A stretch of DNA of 64,000 bases, from assembly GCA_963780225.1 (NCBI GenBank), contig CAWAAX010000003.1, positions 134,971 to 198,970 of the forward strand, written 5' to 3'. Shown here one piece after another: positions 55,231 to 63,803 of the stretch. The stretch is from an uncultured bacterium. GTDB lineage: Bacteria > Edwardsbacteria > AC1 > EtOH8. Both the position numbers and the translations under genes were made by a program. The notes beneath the pieces are model-generated. The model was not told the origin of the DNA, ran no database searches, and worked only from the letters and a program-made list of their open reading frames with translations. How positions within the stretch are numbered: the first letter of the stretch is position 1; each line of letters opens with the position of its first letter.

Positions 55231-55971
55231 ATGGCCAACATTTTCGAGACATATCCCAAATTCTGGCGGATCGTCCTGATCCTGTCCGCAGTATTTCTGT
55301 TCGGTTTTTTGCTGAGTAACTTTGTGATGATGCCCTGGGTGGTGCGGCGCGGTGCGGTGGTGGAGATGCCGGACATCAAGGGCCTGACCTTCGACCAGGC
55401 CAAGGAAATCCTTTCCCAAAAGGGTTTGGACATAATGCTGGCCGGATGGCAGTACGACCCCGGCATCCCCGACAGTTCGGTATCCCAGCAGGAGCCGGAG
55501 CCCAAGATGATGGTCAAGATCGGGCGCAAAGTGAAGGTGGTCTTAAGCCGGGGCACCGAAAAAATAACGGTACCCTATCTGGTGGGACTCTCCTCGGTCC
55601 GGGCCATAAATTTATTGGACCGGAGCGGGCTTAAAGTTGACGGCATCGACAGCCTATCCAGCGACTCGGTGGCTTTGGGCTGCGTGGTCTGCTCCAACCC
55701 GCCGTCTGGCGCCCAACTGATTCGTGAGAGCGGAATCAGGCTCACTTTAAGCAGCGGACCCACCGAGGGCAAGATGCTGATGCCGGACCTGATGGGCAAA
55801 AAGCTGGCCGAGGTCCAGGGATCGCTGGTGGCCCAGGGCTTGGTGATAGGCCAGATCAAGTACCTGCCGGGCCAGTCGGCCGAGCCGGGCACCGTAATAC
55901 TGCAGGCTCCCCAGCCGGGCTTTGTGATCAAGGCCGGGGACACGGTGAACATGGCGGTCAGCGCCAATTAA
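55231..55971 (+). CDS. Membrane-anchored protein with three PASTA domains
   Basis: One TM; MPDIKGL, VPYLVGL, MPDLMGK repeats. Confidence 0.9.
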   Translation: MANIFETYPKFWRIVLILSAVFLFGFLLSNFVMMPWVVRRGAVVEMPDIKGLTFDQAKEILSQKGLDIMLAGWQYDPGIPDSSVSQQEPEPKMMVKIGRKVKVVLSRGTEKITVPYLVGLSSVRAINLLDRSGLKVDGIDSLSSDSVALGCVVCSNPPSGAQLIRESGIRLTLSSGPTEGKMLMPDLMGKKLAEVQGSLVAQGLVIGQIKYLPGQSAEPGTVILQAPQPGFVIKAGDTVNMAVSAN

Positions 55972-56070
55972 AGGCAGCCACCGCTGCAGCGGGGTGCCGC
56001 TGTTGCGGCAAAAGCAGAAAACAAAATACGAATAATGTTTGTTTTTCATTTTACTTTTTGATTTTGTGAA

Positions 56071-56718
56071 ATGACCCTAATTGCAGCTTCCCTGTTGTCG
56101 GCGGACTTTGCCGAATTGAAGAACGAGATCCGCTCGGTGGAACAGGGCGGGGCGGACTGGCTGCACCTGGACGTGATGGACGGGCATTTCGTGCCCAATA
56201 TCACCTTCGGGCCCTTTATCGTGAAGGCCGTCAAGGGATCCTCCAGGTTGCCGCTGGACGCCCACCTGATGATCACCGATCCCCTGAAGTATGCCCCGGA
56301 GTTCGCCAAGGCCGGCGCCGACTACATCACCATCCATGCCGAGGTCATAGAAGACCTTAAATACGCGGTTGATCAGATCAAAAAACTCAAGGTCAAGGCC
56401 GGGCTCTCGGTCAACCCCGAGACCCCGCTGGACAAGGTTTTAGCGGTGATCGGCGAGATAGATCTTTTCTTAGTGATGAGCGTCCATCCCGGATTCGGCG
56501 GGCAGAAATTCATGCCCGAGGTTCTGGACAAGGTCAAAGAAATGAAAAAGCAGAAAGCAGAAGGCAGAACAAAAGCCCTGATCTCCATAGACGGCGGGAT
56601 CAATCCTGAAACCTCGCGCCAGGCGTTGTCGGCAGGGGTCGAGGTGCTGGTGGCCGGGGCAGCCATCTTCGGTATGCCGGACCGGGCCGCCCAGATCAAA
56701 GCCATCAGGGGCGGATGA
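56071..56718 (+). CDS. rpe: Ribulose-phosphate 3-epimerase
   Basis: SLLSADF, HLDVMDGHFVPNITFG, DAHLM, MSVHPGFGGQKF, IDGGI. Confidence 0.97.
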   Translation: MTLIAASLLSADFAELKNEIRSVEQGGADWLHLDVMDGHFVPNITFGPFIVKAVKGSSRLPLDAHLMITDPLKYAPEFAKAGADYITIHAEVIEDLKYAVDQIKKLKVKAGLSVNPETPLDKVLAVIGEIDLFLVMSVHPGFGGQKFMPEVLDKVKEMKKQKAEGRTKALISIDGGINPETSRQALSAGVEVLVAGAAIFGMPDRAAQIKAIRGG

Positions 56719-57221
56719 TGGACAAGAACGCCTTCAGGCTGATCAGCTACGGAATGTACCTGATTTCCAGCTACGGGCCCGGCAAATTGAACGGGCAAAT
56801 AGCCAACACCGTCTTTCAGGTAACGGCCGAGCCGCCGCTGATGGCGGTCAGCCTGAACTGCCAGAACTACACCAACGAGCTCATAAAAAAATCCCAGAAA
56901 TTCTCCATCGCAATCCTGTCCCAGGAGGCCCCCCTGACCCTGATCGGCACCTTCGGCTTCAAATGCGGCCGCCAGGTGGATAAGTTCAGCGGGATGAAAT
57001 ACGAGATCTGCCCCAGCGGCAACCCCAAACTGTTGGAATACAGTCTGGCCCATTTCGATGTCGAGGTCACTCAGACAGTAGAGCTGGGCAGCCACACGCT
57101 TTTCATTGGGAAGGTGGTGGAATCCCAGATCCTGGCCGAAGGGCAGCCCATGACCTACGAATACTACCATAAAATAAAAGGCGGCAAGACCCAGCAGAAC
57201 GCACCCTCGTACATAAAGTAA
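56715..57221 (+). CDS. Flavin reductase family protein
   Basis: ISYGMY, NGQIANTVFQVT, FGFKCGRQVDKF, GSHTLFIG, PMTYEYYH. Confidence 0.9.
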   Translation: MMDKNAFRLISYGMYLISSYGPGKLNGQIANTVFQVTAEPPLMAVSLNCQNYTNELIKKSQKFSIAILSQEAPLTLIGTFGFKCGRQVDKFSGMKYEICPSGNPKLLEYSLAHFDVEVTQTVELGSHTLFIGKVVESQILAEGQPMTYEYYHKIKGGKTQQNAPSYIK

Positions 57222-57251
57222 CGGATCCTTAATCGTAAGGGCAATCTAAAT

Positions 57252-57279
57252 GTAAGGACACGGCATGCCGTGTCCCGAC
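57252..57279 (+). repeat. GTAA-type REP palindrome
   Basis: gtaaggacacggcatgccgtgtcccgac. Confidence 0.8.
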
Positions 57280-57293
57280 AGAAAGGGAAAGCC

Positions 57294-57455
57294 ATGAAGA
57301 AGTATACCTGCACCGTCTGCGGATATGAATATGACCCGGTGGCCGGCGATCCCGACAATGGGGTCAAGCCGGGAACAGCTTTCAATGACATTCCCGACGA
57401 CTGGGTATGCCCAGTATGCGGGGCAGGCAAGGAAGCTTTTGAACCGGAAGACTAA
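57294..57455 (+). CDS. Rubredoxin
   Basis: [35 protein letters not shown]. Confidence 0.97.
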   Translation: MKKYTCTVCGYEYDPVAGDPDNGVKPGTAFNDIPDDWVCPVCGAGKEAFEPED

Positions 57456-57603
57456 ACCGGAGCTTTAAACCACAAAGACACAAAGGCACAAAAATAACCT
57501 ACTTCAATCCTGGCGGGCTTATTGCCTTCACCGTTCAAAAGAAACGGAGTGTCGGAGGGTTAAATATTTCGTATGGTCAGATATTTTTTGATTTTGTGAG
57601 AAG

Positions 57604-58779
57604 ATGATTAGAGAACTGAAAAAGAACATATACGCGGTGGGAGTGCAGGACTGGGACCGGAGGCTCTTTGACGAGCTGATCCCTCTGCCCCACGGCACCA
57701 GTTATAACTCCTATTTGGTCAAGGGCAGCCAAAAGACCGCGCTGGTGGATTCCGTGGACCCGGCCAGGTACGAGGAATTGCTGGCCAACCTGGCCGAGCA
57801 CGATGTCAAGAACCTTGACTACATCGTATGCAACCACGCCGAGCAGGACCACTCCGGCTCAATAGGATTCCTGGCGGAAAAGTTCCCGAAGTTGGTGGTG
57901 GTGACCAACGAGAAGTGCAAGGGCTTTTTGATGGATCTTTTGCACATTCCCGAGAACAGGTTCCAGGTGATCAAGGACGGAGAGATCCTTTCGCTGGGCG
58001 ACAAGACCTTTGAGTTCATCCTGGCCCCCTGGGTGCACTGGCCGGAGACCATGTTCACCTATCTCAAAGAGGACAAGGTCCTCTTCTCCTGCGATTTCCT
58101 GGGCTCTCACCTGGCCACCACCGACGTCTTCGCCTGCGACGATACGGTGCTGGAGGGCGCCAAGCGCTACTACGCCGAGATCATGATGCCCTTCCGCAGC
58201 TCCATCGTCAAGCACCTGCAGAAGCTGGACGCCATGGACATCGACCTGATAGGCCCCAGCCACGGTCCGGTCTACAAAAAACCATTCCACATCATGGAGG
58301 CCTACAAGGACTGGAGCTCGGAGAACGTCAGGAACGAAGTGGTGATCCCTTGGGTCTCCATGCACGGCAGCACCGAGGCCATGGTCAAGCATCTGACCGA
58401 GGCCTTGGTAAAAAGGGGCATCGCCGTAAAACCCTTCAACCTTACCAAGACCGACACCGGCGAGCTGGCCTCTTCCCTGGTCGACGCCGCCACGGTGGTG
58501 CTGGCCACCTCCACCGCGCTGGTGGGCCCGCATCCCCAGGGGCTGTACGCCGCGGCGCTGGTGGGGGCCTTAAGGCCCAAGACAAGATTCCTGGGCATCA
58601 TCGGATCCTACGGCTGGGGCAGCAAGGCGGTGGAGATCATCAAGTCGCTTTTAACCAACCTCAAGGCCGAGGTGCTGGAGCCGGTCTACATCAAGGGCGC
58701 GCCGAAGAAAGAGGACTTTGAGGCGCTGGACAAGCTGGCCGAGACTATAGCTGAGAAGCATAGAACTTTAGGACTATAA
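57604..58779 (+). CDS. fprA: Flavodiiron protein (FprA family A-type flavoprotein)
   Basis: GTSYNSYL, NHAEQDHSG, VHWPE, FSCDFLG, PSHG, SMHGST, GSYGW. Confidence 0.93.
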   Translation: MIRELKKNIYAVGVQDWDRRLFDELIPLPHGTSYNSYLVKGSQKTALVDSVDPARYEELLANLAEHDVKNLDYIVCNHAEQDHSGSIGFLAEKFPKLVVVTNEKCKGFLMDLLHIPENRFQVIKDGEILSLGDKTFEFILAPWVHWPETMFTYLKEDKVLFSCDFLGSHLATTDVFACDDTVLEGAKRYYAEIMMPFRSSIVKHLQKLDAMDIDLIGPSHGPVYKKPFHIMEAYKDWSSENVRNEVVIPWVSMHGSTEAMVKHLTEALVKRGIAVKPFNLTKTDTGELASSLVDAATVVLATSTALVGPHPQGLYAAALVGALRPKTRFLGIIGSYGWGSKAVEIIKSLLTNLKAEVLEPVYIKGAPKKEDFEALDKLAETIAEKHRTLGL

Positions 58780-58783
58780 TTTC

Positions 58784-58869
58784 GCCACAGAGACACGGAG
58801 ACACAGAGATATTTTCTATTCACCGTTCTTCTTGAAGTTAACCCCTCTGTGCCTCTGAGCCTCTGTGGC
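58784..58869. repeat. Empty inverted pair of 8-mer tandem arms
   Basis: gccacagagacacggagacacagag - 36 nt - ctctgtgcctctgagcctctgtggc. Confidence 0.9.
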
Positions 58870-58979
58870 AAGCCCCGGTAAACATCGCTGTCAGACCCGC
58901 CTGATCCCTGGCGGTATTTTGAGGGATCATTCAGTACAAGCTGACGGCGATTTCTATTTGGTTTTTTTACCAGAATTTT

Positions 58980-60188
58980 ATGAGAAAAGCAGTCATTTTC
59001 ATATCAGCTATTATAATAGCTTGCTTCAACCTATATGCAGAAGGGGGGAATGACAGACCAGGCATACACGGCGGGCTGGTACTGGTCCAGGACAGTAAGA
59101 TAAAGTTGCTGGCCGCCGATATTGTGCTGGATGCCTCCAGTATAGTCCTTTCACACCAACAGTTATCGAGAATGTGCGTGCCGGTGCAATGCCGGTATAA
59201 CTTAAAAAATATCTCGGATGATGCGATTGAAGTGCAATTTGAATTTCCGTTTGCACGGGCTAACTCCGGTGAATCAGAAGGTATAAACGTCAATTTCAAA
59301 GCATTTGAGAACAATAAAAAGGCCGTTACCGATAGGGTAAAAAACAATTTCAATGCGTTCAGCTATGTTTGGAAGAGCAGGTATCTGCCAAATGAACAAA
59401 AGGAAATATTGTGTGAATACAATGGATATGCTGATATCACAGATATAGGTGGGTCTGGCGATATTTGGAAAATTAAATTTATTGCCAATGGTGCCAGGGG
59501 CAAGCTTTTGCTATTGGACACGGTTAGGATCAAGTTCATTTTGCCCCAAGACGCCTCCGGATATTTAAACAATGCTTTTGTGAAATCCTACAATGACAGC
59601 TATCAAAGGGGGTATGAAATAAAACCAGCGAATTCTATTAAAACAGCCAAGGAATTAAGCTGGACTTATGTAAGAGACCGATCAGATACGACATTAGACA
59701 AGAGTGCAATACCAGTCGCCGCACTGCCAACGGAGGATATTGATATCTCATTTATGAGTTGCTTGCTCCCTGATTCATCTAAACCCTACACTGAGAAAAA
59801 ATATGCCCTGAAAACCAAGAATGATGTGTTTTTGGAGTTGTTTGGTCCGGGTTTGTTTGGTTCATTGAATTACAGCAGAAGTTTTAAACCCATGTACAAT
59901 ATTAGGGTTTGTACTAACATAATTATGAATGCAATAATTATGAATAAGGTATTTGATGCTAAAGAAAGAACCTGGGGAGAAGTAGGCACAGGCCCAATTA
60001 TTGTCATGGGTGGGAATAAAATTGATTATCTTTGGTGGACCAGTTCCATATATTACTGTCGCAAGTTAAAAGATTTAAATCTGTATTACCGTATAGGGGC
60101 TTGTTTTATCCTAGGAGCGCAGCCAAGTTGGTTGGATTTTAAACCGACTGGTTTAACGCTTGGCTTTGGGTTGGGAAGCAGGTTTTAA
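58980..60188 (+). CDS. AT-rich exported hypothetical protein
   Basis: Signal peptide; 402-aa ORF; C-terminal GFGLGSRF resembles a barrel end. Confidence 0.7.
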   Translation: MRKAVIFISAIIIACFNLYAEGGNDRPGIHGGLVLVQDSKIKLLAADIVLDASSIVLSHQQLSRMCVPVQCRYNLKNISDDAIEVQFEFPFARANSGESEGINVNFKAFENNKKAVTDRVKNNFNAFSYVWKSRYLPNEQKEILCEYNGYADITDIGGSGDIWKIKFIANGARGKLLLLDTVRIKFILPQDASGYLNNAFVKSYNDSYQRGYEIKPANSIKTAKELSWTYVRDRSDTTLDKSAIPVAALPTEDIDISFMSCLLPDSSKPYTEKKYALKTKNDVFLELFGPGLFGSLNYSRSFKPMYNIRVCTNIIMNAIIMNKVFDAKERTWGEVGTGPIIVMGGNKIDYLWWTSSIYYCRKLKDLNLYYRIGACFILGAQPSWLDFKPTGLTLGFGLGSRF

Positions 60189-60218
60189 ACAAAGTATTTT
60201 AGGTCTATCGTAAATCAA

Positions 60219-61547
60219 ATGTTCGACTCCTTAACTGAAAAATTCACCGGGCTTTTCAAGGACCTGACCGGGCAGGGCAAACTCTCCGAGGCCAACATCA
60301 AAGAGGCCAGCGCCAAGGTGCGGCGGGCTCTTTTAGAGGCTGACGTCAACTACAAAGTCGTCAAGGACTTTGCGGTCGCGGTAGAGGCCAAGGCGCTGGG
60401 CGAAGACGTGCTGACCAGCATCACCCCGGGCCAGAAGTTCGTCAAGATCGTCTATGACCAGATGGTGGAGACCCTGGGCTCGGTCAATCAGCCATTGGCG
60501 CTTTCCCCCCAGCCGCCCACCGTGATCATGGTCTGCGGGCTGCAGGGCTCGGGCAAGACCACCACCTGCGCCAAGCTGGCCAAGCATTTGTCAAAACCCG
60601 GGCGGCGGATCATGCTGGCGGCGGCCGACATCTACCGGCCGGCGGCGGTGCAGCAGCTGGAGATCCTGGCCAAGCAGGTGGGCTGCGACTTCTTCAAACT
60701 CGATTCTAAGGATGTGGCCCAGATCTGCCAGGAAGCCAAACAGGAGGCGGTCAAGAAACTCATTGACGTGCTGATCCTGGACACCGCCGGGCGGCTGCAC
60801 ATAGACACCGAGATGATGGCCGAGCTGGAGCGGGTGCAGGCCACGGTCAAACCCCACGAAGTACTTTTGGTAGTTGACGGTATGACCGGCCAGGACGCGG
60901 TCAACATCGCCACCGAGTTCTCCAAGGCCCTGCCCCTGTCCGGGGTGATAATGACCAAGCTGGACGGCGACGCCCGGGGCGGCGCGGCCCTGTCACTGAA
61001 GGTGATCTCGGGCCAGCCCATCAAGTTCATCGGGGTGGGGGAAAAGCTTTCGGCCCTGGAGGAGTTCCACCCCAGCCGGGTGGCCTCGCGCATCCTGGGC
61101 ATGGGCGATGTGGTGGGATTGGTGGAAAAGGCCCAGAACATCTTCGACGAGAAGCAGGCCGTAAAGTTCGAGGAGAAACTGCGCAAGCAGAGCTTTGACC
61201 TGGAGGACTTTGCCGGCCAGATGAAGCAGATGAAGAAGATGGGCTCGCTGTCCGACATCATGAAAATGCTGCCCGCCATGGCGGGCGGGATGAGCCTGCC
61301 AAAAGACGCCGCCATTGACGACCAGGCGCTGGGGAAGATCGAGGCCATCATCGGCTCCATGACGCCGCAGGAGCGGCAGAAGCCTCAGATCATCAACGGC
61401 AGCCGCAAGCGGCGGATAGCCCTGGGCAGCGGCACCAGCGTCCAGCAGGTGAACCAATTGCTGAACCAGTTCGAGATGAGCCAGCGGATGATGAAACAGA
61501 TGATGAATTCCAAGGGCCGGGGGTTCAAGATGCCGAAGGGGTTCTGA
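60219..61547 (+). CDS. ffh: Signal recognition particle protein Ffh
   Basis: ALLEADV, GLQGSGKTTT, DIYRPAA, DTAGR, TKLDGDARGGAALS, RILGMGD, M domain SMT..ER. Confidence 0.98.
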   Translation: MFDSLTEKFTGLFKDLTGQGKLSEANIKEASAKVRRALLEADVNYKVVKDFAVAVEAKALGEDVLTSITPGQKFVKIVYDQMVETLGSVNQPLALSPQPPTVIMVCGLQGSGKTTTCAKLAKHLSKPGRRIMLAAADIYRPAAVQQLEILAKQVGCDFFKLDSKDVAQICQEAKQEAVKKLIDVLILDTAGRLHIDTEMMAELERVQATVKPHEVLLVVDGMTGQDAVNIATEFSKALPLSGVIMTKLDGDARGGAALSLKVISGQPIKFIGVGEKLSALEEFHPSRVASRILGMGDVVGLVEKAQNIFDEKQAVKFEEKLRKQSFDLEDFAGQMKQMKKMGSLSDIMKMLPAMAGGMSLPKDAAIDDQALGKIEAIIGSMTPQERQKPQIINGSRKRRIALGSGTSVQQVNQLLNQFEMSQRMMKQMMNSKGRGFKMPKGF

Positions 61548-61550
61548 TTT

Positions 61551-61662
61551 TGTCGGGCTGTCGTGATACTATTGGCCAACCGATGGTGATACAATGGTGA
61601 CGCAATAGTCCAAACAATCGTGTGACAATAGTATCGCAACAGTATACCCATCGTATACCACT
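61551..61662 (+). repeat. Degenerate ~11-bp tandem array (~10 units, consensus NGTNATACAAT), resuming at 61732-61776
   Basis: cgtgatactat, ggtgatacaat, ggtgacgcaat, cgtgtgacaat, agtatcgcaac, agtatacccat, cgtataccact. Confidence 0.65.
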
Positions 61663-61821
61663 TACTTGAACGGCAAATTAGTAATAAAGATAAACAAACA
61701 AAAAACATCAAGGAGGAGACAGGTTAATGTCCGGCAAACAATTGTCATGCCTTGGTGATACGATAGGACATATGATAAATATTGAAGCAAAACAAAAAAG
61801 ATTGAAAACCACAATAAGCAC

Positions 61822-63093
61822 ATGAACAAAGTAGCCGCACATATTAACACGTTTGATGTTAAAAGCCATCTTAGGGATTTTGTTTTTATCGAACCTGCTG
61901 CAAGTATTTTTGAGGTTGGCAGCAAATCAAAGCAGGAAGATATTATTATTGGCGATCATAAAATACCAAAGTATATAAATGAATTTTGGACTGCAAAACA
62001 ACGTCAGGCGAATTCATTACACGAAATATCTTATCGTGCCTGTTTTAAAGCACAATTGCCAAGGTTTTTCATTGAACGGTTTACAAAGGAACGGGATATA
62101 GTTTATGATCCTTTTAGCGGCAGAGGAACTACAATTCTTGAAGCCGCTTTACTTAACAGGAATATTATTTCTAATGATATAAACCCACTAAGCACAACCC
62201 TTGCAAAACCACGCTTAACGCCACCTGCTTTGAGCGACCTTAAAAGGCGTTTGGATGAAATTAGAATAATTGATGATTTGAAATCCGACATTGATTTGAC
62301 AATGTTTTATCATCCTAAAACATTGATAGAATTATTATCCATTAGACAATATTTAAGTAACAAAACAAATAAGGGGAAAGAAGATTCTTTAGATTTGTGG
62401 ATTAGGATGGTAGCAACGAACAGATTGACGGGTCATTCCAAAGGCTTTTTCTCAGTCTATACATTGCCTCCAAACCAAGCGATTGCAGCAGAAAACCAGA
62501 AAAAAATTAATATCGCCAGGAATCAAATACCTGATTACAGGGATACAAAGGAAATTATTTTAAATAAGTCCGCAGATTTATTGAAAGACGTCAAAACCGA
62601 GCAGGGAAATATTTTAAAAGGCGTTTCCGAAAAGGCGTTGTTTCTTAATTGCGATGCCCGGAAAACTGAAGAAATAGCTGAGAATTCCGTGCAACTGACG
62701 GTTACTTCACCGCCTTTTCTCGATATAGTGCAATATGCCGACGATAACTGGTTACGTTGTTGGTTTAATGATATTGATATTGAAAATATTTCAAAAAACA
62801 TCACCATGACTAAAAAGCTTGAAGATTGGTGCAAAGTAATGGGTGAGGTTTTTACCGAACTGTTTCGTGTCACAAAAAAACAAGGTTATGTCGCTTTTGA
62901 AGTCGGTGAAGTCAGAAAAGGCAAGGTAAGATTGGATGAACATGTAGTAGAGATTGGTATTAATGCCGGGTTCGAGTGCGTCTGCATTATGATAAACCAG
63001 CAAATATTTACAAAAACCGCTAATATTTGGGGTGTTAAAAATAATGATGGTGGCACTAATTCTAACAGAATTGTAATATTCAGAAAGAGCTGA
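61822..63093 (+). CDS. Site-specific amino-DNA methyltransferase (probably N4-cytosine; motif I before motif IV)
   Basis: VYDPFSGRGTT (motif I), TVTSPPF (SPPY-type motif IV). Confidence 0.88.
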   Translation: MNKVAAHINTFDVKSHLRDFVFIEPAASIFEVGSKSKQEDIIIGDHKIPKYINEFWTAKQRQANSLHEISYRACFKAQLPRFFIERFTKERDIVYDPFSGRGTTILEAALLNRNIISNDINPLSTTLAKPRLTPPALSDLKRRLDEIRIIDDLKSDIDLTMFYHPKTLIELLSIRQYLSNKTNKGKEDSLDLWIRMVATNRLTGHSKGFFSVYTLPPNQAIAAENQKKINIARNQIPDYRDTKEIILNKSADLLKDVKTEQGNILKGVSEKALFLNCDARKTEEIAENSVQLTVTSPPFLDIVQYADDNWLRCWFNDIDIENISKNITMTKKLEDWCKVMGEVFTELFRVTKKQGYVAFEVGEVRKGKVRLDEHVVEIGINAGFECVCIMINQQIFTKTANIWGVKNNDGGTNSNRIVIFRKS

Positions 63094-63095
63094 TT

Positions 63096-63749
63096 ATGAC
63101 CAACTCGAAAGAACTTGAAGGCGTAATATCCCAAATGCTAAAACCGCTTAAGGGCATTTCACTTGGTGTTGTAATAGAGGGTTTATCGGGCCATAAAATT
63201 GTGCCCTTTGACAAGAGCAACCAAAATGACATAGCTTTGTTGGAAAAGCTAGAACAAGTTGCAGTGAACACGGGGAAGGCAGTCAATAAAAAGGGCATTG
63301 TTCGCCCACGGCCCAATGAGGTTGGCAATGATATTGAACCATATGTCAAAGCAGCCTTGAATAAATTGAAATACAAATCTGGAACACCAACTACTGCCGA
63401 TGGGAAACACAAATCTATGGGTTACCCAGACATAGAGTTTACTGATGGATTTGGACGAACTAATTATTTAGAATGCAAAACGTTCAATATTGAAAATATT
63501 GAAACAAGCCAGCGCTCGTTTTATCTATCACCATCAGAAAATTTCAAGGTAACAAAAGATGCTCATCATTTTGTAATCTGCTTTGAAATCTATGTTTCCG
63601 GTAGACGCCGAAAACAGTATGTATATAAGTGCAAAAGTTGGAAAATCTTGACCCTGGAGAATCTTGAAGTTGACGTCAAGTATGAATTCAACTCAGACAA
63701 TGCCAGAATGTATGCCGCTGATTTAATATTGGCACAAGGTGAGATTTAA
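63096..63749 (+). CDS. Putative type II restriction endonuclease, PD-(D/E)XK fold
   Basis: NEVGNDIE, GYPDIEF...YLECKT; starts 2 nt after the methyltransferase stop. Confidence 0.7.
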   Translation: MTNSKELEGVISQMLKPLKGISLGVVIEGLSGHKIVPFDKSNQNDIALLEKLEQVAVNTGKAVNKKGIVRPRPNEVGNDIEPYVKAALNKLKYKSGTPTTADGKHKSMGYPDIEFTDGFGRTNYLECKTFNIENIETSQRSFYLSPSENFKVTKDAHHFVICFEIYVSGRRRKQYVYKCKSWKILTLENLEVDVKYEFNSDNARMYAADLILAQGEI

Positions 63750-63803
63750 AAAATAAAATACAAACAAAGAACAAACAAAAAACATCAAGGAGGAGACAGG
63801 TTA

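Noticed and set aside
56715..58779. Flavin reductase - rubredoxin - FprA as a novel system
   Set aside because: This is a well-known O2/NO detoxification module of anaerobes.
61551..61662. Possible CRISPR or guide-RNA array
   Set aside because: Units are ~11 nt, contiguous and degenerate, with no spacers and no effector gene of a known type.
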